Source: Selaginella moellendorffii
Taxonomy: Eukaryota; Plantae; Lycopodiophyta
NCBI RefSeq assembly: GCF_000143415.4
Contig: NW_003314278.1
Coordinates: 1,324,673-1,388,672, forward strand
Length of the DNA: 64,000 nt
Reading direction: 5' to 3'
Under the pieces are notes generated by a model. The model saw only the letters and a list, made by a program, of their open reading frames with translations. It searched no databases and was not told the DNA's origin. Position 1 is the first letter of the stretch. Each line of letters starts with the position of its first letter. Shown here piece by piece: positions 1-12,317 of the stretch. Both the position numbers and the translations under genes were made by a program.

Positions 1-2156
1 CCTCTTAGCCTTATGGTTTTTTCTTAGGTTTTATTATTTGGGTTCTCTAGGGTTCGCCACTACTGGTTCATCTTAGGAGGCATTTTTCCTTCCTCTCTAG
101 CACATCCTAAGCACATATCTCTTCCACACTGTTTTGGTTTGTTTATGGCCATGGTAAGTTTCTAGGCATGTGCTCTCCAAGTGCACACCAAGAAATCTCA
201 AGATTCTTTGGAGAAACTCAAATTTGAGTTTGGCTAAGCATTAGCCCACACACTAGCTTAAAAAACACAAGAGACCATGAGAGAGAGAGAGAGTGTGTGT
301 GTTAGAAATCCTTACATTTTTGAAAAATGAGTGTGAGACCATGCTTGTTCAAAGTTAAGTAACCCCCATTTCTTTGGTCATTTTACAAACTTACACTTAC
401 CAATCTGTTTCTCTCTTAATTTGACTTTGGTTTATTGTGAGCTCATATTCTTTCATCAATACATTAAATTGGGTCTTTAGCGTGCAAGTGCATGCTAGAA
501 ATTCTTTAACTTCGTGTGTGCTTATTTTATGTATTTTTATTTATTTTCGCTATATATTGTCATGTTTTGTTTACTAATATTCACAAAAAGAGCTTTGTTT
601 TTTAATTTCCTATTTGCTTGTCTTTTTTTTTGTACTTTTTTCCTTCTATTTATGTTTTGATATTTGTAATTTTCTTTGTTTTTGTCAAGTTGTTAAAGGA
701 GATGTAATAGAGATTGTTTGGGATAATGGAGAATCAATTGCAAAGGGGAAGAATAGAATCTTTAGATGCTACTTGCATTTGTCACTGTGCTTCTTTAAGA
801 GTTAAATGTGTTTTGCTTTGCATTATTAAGGTGTTTAACTCAAATTACTCCCCCCTTAGAGGTGAGTTGGATGTTAGTGGGTTTTCTATATAGAAGCAAA
901 ATCAACTAATGTCTCCAATAGAGATATTTCCTACCAAAATCTCCTAGGGAAATACAATTGGAACACAGAGGAATAATGATGATGATTTGCTATTCCACAG
1001 AAGATAGAGAGTAAAAATATTTCCGAGGCAAAAATATCCCTAATTCTGGTTGTTTTTCTATAGATATAAATGCTTGTAATATATGGTATAAAGCTTTTGT
1101 GAAGATAGTGGATGCTATACATGCAGTTATGGCTGAAGGACTAGTTATTGTTGTAGACCCTCAAGATGCTCTACACAACATAACTTTAGGGTGGGATTAT
1201 ATTGGAATCTCAATCTCTTCTTTTATTGATGTTTCAAGTAAGTTGGAAATAAGTAGTCTAGTTCACTGGAAACTATCCCAAACTCTTTTTGGTAAAAATA
1301 TACCATCTACCATACTAATAAACACTTGTATTTCTTTTTCATATTATTGAAAATGAAAATATACATTTATCAAATAAGGTATTAAGAAGCAATCAAGAAA
1401 ATAGAAATCAAATACTAAGGATTTAATAAGTGGAGGTCCCATGGGGATGATAGGGAATAAAAATAATAGTTAATCAAAGCATGGACAGCAATAAAAGATA
1501 AAAAATACAAGAATCAAGAATCTAAAAACCTGTATCAATAACAACCTTGAGGACAACAACACTTAGAATACAACCACTACTCAGCTTAGACGTTTTGAAC
1601 ATTACCATCGATTGGAGAATGCAGACCGTCATAGTGAGGATGTGCACAACTTTATACAACACAATTAGAGGTAGGCCACAATTACTTTACAACAATTTAA
1701 CACAACAAAAACTCATAAACAAAATAGCTATAGTATGCACTTTTATTCGATCCTGAAGTTGGTGAGCAATGACCTTGTTGAAAACTGATCAAATTTACTG
1801 AGCTGAGTACAATGTAGCAATAAAAAATACCAATACATAAAATCGTGTTAGTCTACACCACATGATTCTACAACTACACAACATTTCCTTGAGAAGAACA
1901 CAACAAACCAAAGACAACAATAACAAAATTAGGAAAGCAAATTCAAGAAAATGATAACTAAAAAAAACTCTAGCACAGCATCGAATGTACAAACACAACC
2001 CTGATCCACTCAAGAAATAAGAGCGAAATCAGATACAACAAATATGAGAAGAGAAGAAACAACTCCAGCAAAAATTAGAAGTAGACAAGCAATAGAAAAA
2101 TCAAGCTTAAACCAAAATCCTTGAGACTATATTCAAGACTTTCAATAAAACAACCC

Positions 2157-2634
2157 TGTGAGACACAAAATCCCTAGGCCCCAAAGTGGAGCCGGAAGGG
2201 CGCCACATGGTAGTGGCCGAAGCGAAAGCCAAACGAGCGTAACACGTTTGGACCAAAAGCTCCGACTTGAAAAGTCAAGAGCGGGAGTGGAACTCCCAAC
2301 GAAGTGCTTGAGGAACGAGCACGAAGCGAGCAAAAGGCGAGGCTCCAAAAAGGGACCCAAAAAAGGGCCAACACATGACACGTGGGAGTGTCCGAGATGG
2401 ACTCGAGTTGGAGTCCGAAGTGGAGTCCGAGATGGACCCGAGTTGGAGTCCGAAGTGGAGTCCGAGATGGAGTCCGAGATGGACCCGAGATGGAGTCCGA
2501 GATGGAGTCCGAGGTGGACCCGAGATGGACCCGAAATGGAGTCCGAGATGGAGTCCGAGATGGACCCAAGATGGACCCGAGATGGAGTCCGAGATGGAGT
2601 CCGAGATGGAGTCCGAAGTCAAGACCGAGACCGG

Positions 2635-2666
<32 letters not shown>

Positions 2667-3829
2667 TCGGGACCGAGACCGAGGCCGAGGCCGAGGCCGA
2701 GACCGAGCCCGAGCCCGAGTCCGAGTCCGAATCCGAGTCCGAGTCCGAGTCCGAGTCCGAGTCCGAGTCCGAGTCCGAGTCCGAGTCCGAGTCCGAGTCC
2801 GAGTCCGAGTCCGAGTCCGAGTCCGGAGCCTGAGAGGGTGAAAGCCCAAAGCGTTCGTCTCCCAGACCCTGGGGGGTTTGGTGAGCTCCAAAAGTATAGT
2901 AGGGGGAGGACTGCAGTGGAGCCAGTTTGGCCAGGAAAGGCCAGTTTGGCCCAGGAAGGCCAGACCCAGTGTTGGGTGAGGAGCTGCCCACTGGGAAGTC
3001 CAAGACTAGAGTGAACACAGACCGACAAGTGGGGTAGCTTGGTGAAGTGTTCAAGAGCCGGCTCTAGTTCCCCCGGGAGATCGACTGGCCGATGCTCCCA
3101 GTCCAAGTGTGGGTGGCACTACCTACTTGGATACCTGTCGTGGCTCAACGGAACCTCGCTCTAAGCCCATGGCTAGAGCACCTAAAGACGAAAGGCGAGG
3201 AGAGTACCCAGGTGGCTTGCGTAAGGCCACGGTGTTCCGAAATGTTGTCCCAAAGGCCCAGACTGTGGAGAGTAAGAGGCGCAGTCCTCTGGGGTAGTGA
3301 CCAAGGACACAGTCGTGGGGTGAGGAAGTCCCAGAGGACCGTGGGACTTAGTGGTCGGGCCTGTGGGTCTCGATCTAGTGGCAGTGTTGGCAAACACGGC
3401 CAGGGGCAGAAAAGGACTTAGTGGGGACTGACAGAGGGATATTGGGGGAGGCTATTCCCCTTGTCGGTGGGCATCCTAAGGATGCTAAGGAGTGGATCTG
3501 AGATGACCACTCACGGATGGTTTGTCTAGTCTTGGAGAGCCAAGACGGTGATGCAAGTGGTAGTGGACTACCAGTGTGGCAAAGGCGATTGGGCATGGCC
3601 TTAGCGTAACGGGCTGCTATGTCGGTGGTACCTTTGAGTGTCGGTCATGGGATCGGACACGTGGAGCACTTGGACCAAGTGCAAATGTTGAGTGGCATGG
3701 ATGCCATTCTCGGGGCTAGCAAGTCCCAAGTCCTGGATTGGACTTATGGAGGTTGTGAATGAGACTCCTCCAAGTGGTCAGAGGTGTGGTTAAGTGACTA
3801 AAGTAGAATGGAAAATTTAGTCGCTTACA
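2157..3829 (+). repeat. 5' LTR of LARD copy 1 (~1.67 kb)
   Basis: TG...CA termini, followed by a PBS; repeated at 7651-9188 and, inverted, at 10506-12236, 15911-17509 and 9464-13545 (interrupted). Confidence 0.92.
2392..2826 (+). repeat. Compound micro/minisatellite inside the LTR: (GATGGAGTCCGA/GATGGACCCGA)n, then (GAGACC)n, then (GAGTCC)n
   Basis: Directly visible. Counterparts at ~7886-8270 and, inverted, at ~11505-12040, ~13000-13395 and ~16980-17360. It produces the overlapping low-complexity ORFs in the track. Confidence 0.95.
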
Positions 3830-3832
3830 ATT

Positions 3833-3844
3833 TGGTATCGGAGC
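3833..3844 (+). promoter_or_regulatory. Primer binding site, tRNA-iMet type
   Basis: TGGTATCGGAGC, 3 nt after the LTR end; one mismatch to canonical TGGTATCAGAGC. Confidence 0.85.
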
Positions 3845-6800
3845 TGTTCCTTAGTCCGACTTTTATTGGTGCTCAAGTACATCACCACTAATGTTGGCAT
3901 CGGAAGGTCCGAGGGGTGGGCCTATCCTTGAGGAGTAGCAAGTCGGGAAGACATGGCTCTCCATTACAGTTCATGTGTGAACTTGTAGACGAGGTGGTGG
4001 ATAGAAAAGGGCCAATAATGGAACGACTTTGGGATCTTGGGAACAGTATATGGTTTTCCTCAAAGAGTTGAGGATGTGATCTAGATGAGCGTTTGACTTA
4101 GCAAACTGGCTAATGTAGTTGTGGTAAACAACTACAGTTGGGATCACGGGAAAGATAAAGACTCCAAAGCAATAAAGGAGTCACAAGATTTTCCTCATAT
4201 AGTTGAGGTTGGTGCTCATGAATGTGAGACCAGAAGTAATGACCGTGGGAGGTCAAATACGGAAGAGGACTCAAGTCCTTGAAAAGGTAGCCGGGGCTAC
4301 CTCTAATAAATGCTGGAACAACCCAAGGAGTTGGGGGTGTATTAAGTGGATGAGTTGGTGTTCTCATCACATGGACAAGTAGTCCTAAGGGGCAAAGGTT
4401 GCCCCCAGAGAACAAAATCAAGTGTCGGAGTAACACTTGTGAAAATAGTCCTTTTGAGTAGGATAGGAATGCAAGAAGTGTATTCCAGTGAGCTAGTGCC
4501 TCACAAGTAGGACCTTACGGGTCTGTGGATTAACCAAGTCCAAAACTGCTGGATGACTCAAGTAGAGTCAACGGATGGTCCTAAAAGGACTGATGGAAGC
4601 ATTTGGACTGAGGTGTGTTGTACCCCACAAAGGATGGGGGGGGATCATAGGATCCAAGGATGAGAACAGAAGGTATCTCATCGATGGCAAAATGTGCCAT
4701 GCTAAAGTTATGGGAAAGGTGTTCCCAAAAGAAAACAACTTTGACATAAAGTTGTGTGTGACCTCTATGGTGCAGTGCTAACGGATGGTTGGCATGAGAA
4801 AGAGCGGTGTTGGTCTTGGCAAAGACTTAGACACGAAGGGGAAATGTCATAGAGGTAGGCTCGTGGAGCCAATGGTGTGGAGACACCAAATGTGCCAAGG
4901 TGTGATACCTTGAGGCTATGTTGGTGGGTTCATGAGAACCCTTGCCAAAGGAATCCCAATGGAAATGGGAATAGCATAGCCTAAGCTGCAGAGCATGCAG
5001 TTGGAGTGTGGTGACCCAGATAATGATGGAAGTGTGAAAGCACCAAGCAATGAGTTGTAGGACTTGACAACTATGAGGCAACTAAGCAAGAGGTGCAAAA
5101 TAACTGGTTAAACGGGTAGAAGGTAGCTACCCAAGACTTCTAGTATAGGGAAGTTGGATATACCCTTACGGGGGATAAGTTGCTTATGTTGCGATATAGT
5201 AAGTCAATGTCATAAAAGAAAATACTCATTGTCAAGAAAGCCATCATTGGGACACCCGAACACTCTAGAACACCAGGAGGTGGTGTTTGATGTCGCGAGG
5301 GCAATGGATAAAGCCCAAGGGACTAAGTCCCTAGCGAATGATGGATAGAAGGTGCTATCCAAATGTCCAAGGTTGCGGAGACAGGAGAGGACTGTCTACC
5401 CAAGTTGGACAAAGCCAAAAATGGAATTTTGGCAAGGCTAGTGATGGGCATGTAAAGGCCCATAAGCAACGATGTAATCCCAGTGTGTGGGATTATAAGG
5501 TGAGCATACCCGCATTGAGGAACCACTCCCTGGGCTATTGGGTAGGTTCATCCCTAAGAATACTTGCTAAGGCATGATAGAAAGTGCAAAGCTATCCTCC
5601 TGATCTGGAGGAGAATGACCGAAGGAAAGGTGTGAAGCCAAAGGCAAGTAGTATTGGGATGGAACTGAACCATAGAGGCCTATGCAAAAGGCATAACCAA
5701 GGTTGGTTATGCCAGCTGGGAGTGGAGAATCAAGTGGGGGCTCGAGGGTGTTGCCGCTAGCAACCGTGATGCCATGGAGAGTCTAAAATATGGAATTGTC
5801 CATGTTAGACTATGTGGCATTTGGAAGGCTTGCAAAAAGGGAGGCCTTAGCAAGCTGAGGGACAGAGTTCCTTCAAGGTTCCCAAAGACGATTCTAGGTA
5901 GCTTAGTACCTAGAAAGGCCAAGTGTAAATGGTTCATGGAACGCGCGAAATCAGAGTGGCGTAGCAGAAGCGTGGTCTTGAAGCTTGCCATGAGGCAAGG
6001 CTATCAAGGTTAGGGAAGTAGTTCCCGAGTGTTCAAGGAGAGGGCTTTGAACGAAAGTCGATGGTTAAGGACTTTCACGCTTATGCAGGAACCATGTTAC
6101 AGTGGTCGGAGGACTTGCCAAGCGAGATTGGCACGTCGGGGGAACAAATACCCTAGTTGAAGGTGATAACTTCAAAAAAGGTGGGCCATGGGGCCGAGCA
6201 TGGAGGAGTCCATGCATGATCACAGACATGTCAAGTGAGAGGACTTGGCAGTGTGGAGGAATTAGGTTCCTAAGCTGTGATCTGTAGCGCGCTTTAAAAA
6301 TAAGTTGGTGCACCGGCGTGGGGAGTCACGCCAGGCATCTTGTGTGATGCCGTCCGTAGATGCATATACGGAGGTTAGGTTCGAGTCCCGACCCTCTAGT
6401 GCTTGGGTTCGAGTCCCAAATCACTAGGGCGTGGTGATGGTTTGGAATATGAGGACACTCATATTTCGGTGGTCATGGACTCTCAGTGGGGAGACTGGTT
6501 TGGGCACACCGCCAAGCGAGGGATGCCTCGAAGTCGTGATGCACGGTTAGATTGCTTAGTGTGAAAGCTCGGCATATCTAACTTGAACGCTTTGGTGCAA
6601 GTGGCACCAAGGACGTGGTGAGTGAGATGGGGACACCTAATCTCAGTTGCTATGGACCCTTGGCCGGAAGGGCTGGCTTGGGCGCACCGCCAAATGTGGG
6701 GGATGCCCCCGGGGTCGTAGTTAACAAGTTAAAGGTCTGGAAGACCTAGTACCTATTGGCAAACCTGTTAGGGTGCCGAGGTGAGATCACTAGGTGATCT

Positions 6801-7165
6801 TGTGGCTAAATAAGGACAAGGTCCTTGTTTGGGCTAAGGAATAAGGTTCCTAGTTTAAAGTGTTGATTTGAACTATTGATGATGGTGTGGCTTGGTCAAG
6901 GTGACCAAGTGGGTAAAGCACCTTAGGGAAATGAGCTATGTCATTGCGATGGCATAGTGTGTCCAAGGAAAGTAGTCTCTAAAGAGACCCATGGGAGGGT
7001 CACAAAGTTGGGCCGTGGATAAAGCCCACAGCAGAAGATGCTAAAGAGACTTACTAGGGGTGAACACCCTAGTATTGGCAAAGCAGAGCCTTTGCTATGG
7101 AATCAAAAGAATACCTCAAGGAGGGAGGTAGAGATTCAGTGTTGCTTGGTGCAACAATCAACGGA

Positions 7166-7650
7166 TAGGCCACAATTACTTTACAACAATTTAACACAAC
7201 AAAAACTCATAAACAAAATAGCTATAGTATGCACTTTTATTCGATCCTGAAGTTGGTGAGCAATGACCTTGTTGAAAACTGATCAAATTTACTGAGCTGA
7301 GTACAATGTAGCAATAAAAAATACCAATACATAAAATCGTGTTAGTCTACACCACATGATTCTACAACTACACAACATTTCCTTGAGAAGAACACAACAA
7401 ACCAAAGACAACAATAACAAAATTAGGAAAGCAAATTCAAGAAAATGATAACTAAAAAAAACTCTAGCACAACATCGAATGTACAAACACAACCCTGATC
7501 CACTCAAGAAATAAGAGTGAAATCAGATACAACAAATATGAGAAGAGAAGAAACAACTCCAGCAAAAATTAGAAGTAGACAAGCAATAGAAAAATCAAGC
7601 TTAAACCAAAATCCTTGAGACTATATTCAAGACTTTCAATAAAACAACCC
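7166..7650 (+). repeat. 485-bp direct duplication of the host flank 1672-2156, placed immediately before the second LTR
   Basis: Constant offset of 5494 nt; only a couple of transitions differ (GAGCGAAATC/GAGTGAAATC, GCACAGCA/GCACAACA); includes the AACCC TSD at 7646-7650. Confidence 0.95.
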
Positions 7651-8128
7651 TGTGAGACACAAAATCCCTAGGCCCCAAAGTGGAGCCGGAAGGGCGCCAC
7701 ATGGTAGTGGCCGAAGCGAAAGCCAAACGAGCGTAACACGTTTGGACCAAAAGCTCCGACTTGAAAAGTCAAGAGCGGGAGTGGAACTCCCAACGAAGTG
7801 CTTGAGGAACGAGCACGAAGCGAGCAAAAGGCGAGGCTCCAAAAAGGGACCCAAAAAAGGGCCAACACATGACACATGGGAGTGTCCGAGATGGACTCGA
7901 GTTGGAGTCCGAAGTGGAGTCCGAGATGGACCCGAGTTGGAGTCCGAAGTGGAGTCCGAGATGGAGTCCGAGATGGACCCGAGATGGAGTCCGAGATGGA
8001 GTCCGAGGTGGACCCGAGATGGACCCGAAATGGAGTCCGAGATGGAGTCCGAGATGGACCCGAGATGGACCCGAGATGGAGTCCGAGATGGAGTCCGAGA
8101 TGGAGTCCGAAGTCAAGACCGAGACCGG

Positions 8129-8160
<32 letters not shown>

Positions 8161-9188
8161 TCGGGACCGAGACCGAGACCGAGGCCGAGGCCGAGACCGA
8201 GCCCGAGCCCGAGTCCGAGTCCGAATCCGAGTCCGAGTCCGAGTCCGAGTCCGAGTCCGAGTCCGAGTCCTGCAGTGGAGCCAGTTTGGCCAGGAAAGGC
8301 CAGTTTGGCCCAGGAAGGCCAGACCCAGTGTTGGGTGAGGAGCTGCCCACTGGGAAGTCCAAGACTAGAGTGAACACAGACCGACAAGTGGGGTAGCTTG
8401 GTGAAGTGTTCAAGAGCCGGCTCTAGTTCCCCCGGGAGATCGACTGGCCGATGCTCCCAGTCCAAGTGTGGGTGGCACTACCTACTTGGATACCTGTCGT
8501 GGCTCAACGGAACCTCGCTCTAAGCCCATGGCTAGAGCACCTAAAGACGAAAGGTGAGGAGAGTACCCAGGTGGCTTGCGTAAGGCCACGGTGTTCCGAA
8601 ATGTTGTCCCAAAGGCCCAGACTGTGGAGAGTAAGAGGCGCAGTCCTCTGGGGTAGTGACCAAGGACACAGTCGTGGGGTGAGGAAGTCCCAGAGGACCG
8701 TGGGACTTAGTGGTCGGGCCTGTGGGTCTCGATCTAGTGGCAGTGTTGGCAAACACGGCCAGGGGCAGAAAAGGACTTAGTGGGGACTGACAGAGGGATA
8801 TTGGGGGAGGCTATTCCCCTTGTCGGTGGGCATCCTAAGGATGCTAAGGAGTGGATCTGAGATGACCACTCACGGATGGTTTGTCTAGTCTTGGAGAGCC
8901 AAGACGGTGATGCAAGTGGTAGTGGACTACCAGTGTGGCAAAGGCGATTGGGCATGGCCTTAGCGTAACGGGCTGCTATGTCGGTGGTACCTTTGAGTGT
9001 CGGTCATGGGATCGGACACGTGGAGCACTTGGACCAAGTGCAAATGTTGAGTGGCATGGATGCCATTCTCGGGGCTAGCAAGTCCCAAGTCCTGGATTGG
9101 GCTTATGGAGGTTGTGAATGAGACTCCTCCAAGTGGTCAGAGGTGTGGTTAAGTGACTAAAGTAGAATGGAAAATTTAGTCGCTTACA
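7651..9188 (+). repeat. Second LTR of LARD copy 1 (~1.54 kb), with TSD AACCC on both sides
   Basis: Near-identical to 2157-3829 apart from a ~135-bp deletion at the end of the (GAGTCC)n array; no PPT upstream. Confidence 0.92.
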
Positions 9189-10301
9189 AACCCAAGCCAC
9201 ACAAGTTGGCAAACCAGGCAACTATAGCATATGTGGTCATGGGATGAAATTTAAATATACTATCATTATGGAACCTTAGGGGATAAATGGGGATAAAATA
9301 GCCACTAAAGACTTTTTCATCAAGCAATTGGCCTTTTTCCAGTTGGCTTAATGGGATAGAGATAGAGTGTGTTATATGTGGTATTAGAAATTTGAAATCG
9401 TATGTATTGGGCATCCATGCATACGTCCTTCTTCTTGTGTGGAGTATCCATTGATGAAGGTATTGTAAGCGACTAATTTTTCCATTCTACTTTAGTTATT
9501 TAACCATACCTCCGACCACTTGGAGGAGTCTCATTCACAATCTTCATAAGTCCAATTCAGGACCTGAGGCTTACTAGCCTCAAGAATGGCATCCATGCCA
9601 CTCAACCTTTGCACTTGGTCCAAATGCTCCATATGTCCTATCCTATAACCGACACCCCAAGGTACCACTGATATATCAGCCTATTACTTTAAGGCCATGT
9701 CCATTCACCTTGGTCACACCAGTGGTTCAACACCACCTACATCACAGTCCCGTCTCTCAAAGATTGAGCTATTTGTTTATGAGTGATCATCCTAGATCCA
9801 CTCCTTAGCATCCTTAGGATGCCTGCAGACACGGGGAACAACCTCCCAAATATCCCTTTTTCGGTCCCCACCAAGTCCCTTTCTATCTATAGCCGTATTC
9901 GCTAACACTACTACTGGATCAAGGCCTATAGGCCCAACCACACTGTCCTTTGGGACTTTTTCACCATGTGACTGTATCCTTGGTTGCCACACCAGAGGAC
10001 CACTCCTCTTCCTTTCCACAGTCTAGGACTTTGGGACAACATTTTGGAACATTGTGGCCCTACGTGAGCCTTATGAGTACTCTCCCTGCCTTCCACCTTT
10101 GAACGAGGTTCCATTAAGCCATGTCAGGTATCCAAGTAGGTAGTGGCACCCACACTTGGACTAGGAGCATCGACCATTCGATCTCCTCGGGGAACTAGAG
10201 CCGGTTGTTGAACACTTCACCAAACTTCACTTATCAGTTTATATTCATTCTAACCTTGGACTTCCCAATGGTTATCTCATCACCCAATAACTAGGTATGA
10301 C

Positions 10302-11612
10302 TGTAAAGTTGTTCCATCATTGGCCCTTTTCTATCCACCACCTTGCCTACAAGTTCACATGTGAACTGTAGTGGAGAGCCATGTCTTCCCAACTTGCTAC
10401 TCCTCAAGGACAAGCCCACTCCTAGGACCTTCCGATGCCAACACTAGTGGTGATATAATTCAGCACCAATAAAAGTCAGATTAAGGAACAACTCCGATAC
10501 CAAGTTGTAAGCGACTAATTTTTTTCCATTCTACTTTAGTCACTTAACCACACCTCCGACCACTTGAAGGAGTCTCATTCACAACCTCCATAAGTCCCAC
10601 TCAAGACTTGGGGCTGGCTAGCTTCGAGAATGGCATCCATGCCACTCAACCTTTGCACTTGGTCCTAGTGCTCTACGTGTCTGGTCCCATGACCGACACC
10701 CCAAGGCACCACCAACATACCAGCCTGTTACGCTAGGCCATGCCCAATCACCTTGGTCACATTGGTGGTCCAACACCACCTGCATTGCAATCTTGTATCT
10801 CCAAGACTGGGCCATCCGTTCATGAGTGGTCATCCCAGATCCACTCTTTAGCATCCTTAGGATGCCTGCAGACATGGGGAATAGCCTTACTCAATATCTC
10901 CTTTCTAGTTCCCACCAAGTCCCTTTCTGTCCTTAGTCGTGTTCGCCAACACTGCCACTGGATCAGGGCCCACAGGCCCGACCACTAAGTCCCACGGTCC
11001 TCTGGGACTTCCTCATCGCACGACTGTATCCTTGGTCACTACACCAGAGGACTACTCCTCTTCCTTTCCACAGTCTAGGCCTTTGGGACAACATTTTGGA
11101 ACACCGTGGCCTTACACGTGCTTCGTGGGTACTCTCCCCACCTTCCGCCTTTGGGTGCTCTAGCCATGGGCTTAGAGCGAGGTTCCGTTGGGCCACACTA
11201 GGTATCCAAGTAAGTAGTGCCACCCACACTTGGACTGGGAACATTGGCCAGTCGATCTCCCGGGGGAACTAGAGTCGGCTCTTGAACACATCACCAAGCT
11301 ACCCCGCTTGTTGGTCCGTATTCACTTTAGTCTTGGACTTCCGAGCGGTCAGTTCATCACCCAACACTGGGTCTGGCCTTCCTGGGCCAAACTGGCCTTT
11401 CCTAGCCAAACTGGCTCCACTACAGTCCTCCCCCTTACTATACTTTTGGAGCTCACTAAACCCCCTAGGGTCTGGGAGACGAATGCTTTGGGCTTTCACC
11501 CTCTCAGACTCGAACTCGGACTCGGACTCAGACTCGGACTCGGCCTCGGACTCGGACTCGGACTCAGACTCAGACTCAGACTCGGGCTCAGCCTCGGTCT
11601 CGGTCTTGGTCC

Positions 11613-11648
<36 letters not shown>

Positions 11649-12236
11649 TGGTCCCTGTCTCAGTCCCAGTCTTGGTCTCGACCTCGGACTCCATCTCGGG
11701 TCCTTCTTGGATTCCATCTCGGATTCCATCTCGGGTCCATCTCGGACTCCATCTCAGACTCCATCTCGGACTCCATCTCGGGTCCATCTCGGACTCCATC
11801 TTGGATCTATCTCAGACTCCACCTCGGACTCCAACTCGGGTCCATCTCGGACTCCATCTCGGGTCCATCTCGGACTCCATCTTGGGTCCATCTCGGAATC
11901 CATCTCGGACTCCATCTTGGTCCATCTCGGACTCCAACTCGGGTCCATCTCGGATTCCATCTCGAACTCCATCTCAGACTCCACCTCGGACTCCAACTTG
12001 GGTCCATCTCGGACTCCATCTCGGACTCCAACTCGGGTCCCTTTTTGGAGCCTCGCTTTTTGCTCGCTTCATGCTCGTTCCTTAAGCACTTCATTGGGAG
12101 TTCCACTTCCGCTCTCAACCTTTCAAGTCTGAGCCTTTTAGTCCAAACGTGTTACGCTCGTTTGGCTTCAGCTTCAGCCACTACCACGTGGCACCCTTTC
12201 GGCTCCACTTTGGGGCTTAGGGACTTGTGTCTCACA
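10302..12236 (-). mobile_element. LARD copy 3: one LTR (10506-12236), PBS and ~200 bp of leader, inserted in the 3' LTR of copy 2
   Basis: TSD ATGAC at 10297-10301 and 12237-12241; PBS TGGTATCGGAG (minus strand) at ~10492-10502; leader matches 3840-4030 and ends in ...ACTTTACA. Confidence 0.85.
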
Positions 12237-12317
12237 ATGACCTTCTTGGGCCAAACTGGCCTTTCTTGGCCAAATTAGCTCCACTAGGGTCCAACCCCCA
12301 CACTCTCCCTACTATAC

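Larger units (their letters stand above)
2157..9188 (+). mobile_element. LARD-like LTR retrotransposon copy 1 (no intact coding capacity), rearranged
   Basis: Termini TGTGAGAC...GCTTACA; 5-bp TSD AACCC at 2152-2156 and 9189-9193; near-identical LTRs at 2157-3829 and 7651-9188; internal 3830-7165 has no ORF much above 100 aa and no clear gag/pol motif. Confidence 0.9.

Noticed and set aside
2392-2826. CRISPR-like array
   Set aside because: Tandem units with no unique spacers, no cas genes, and a eukaryotic context.
2142-3106. Overlapping 150-310 aa ORFs rich in SD/ES/RP/GL repeats (also ~7650-8460, 11230-12130, 12965-13450, 16890-17410)
   Set aside because: By-products of stop-free hexamer and 12-mer satellites inside LTRs; not supported as genes.
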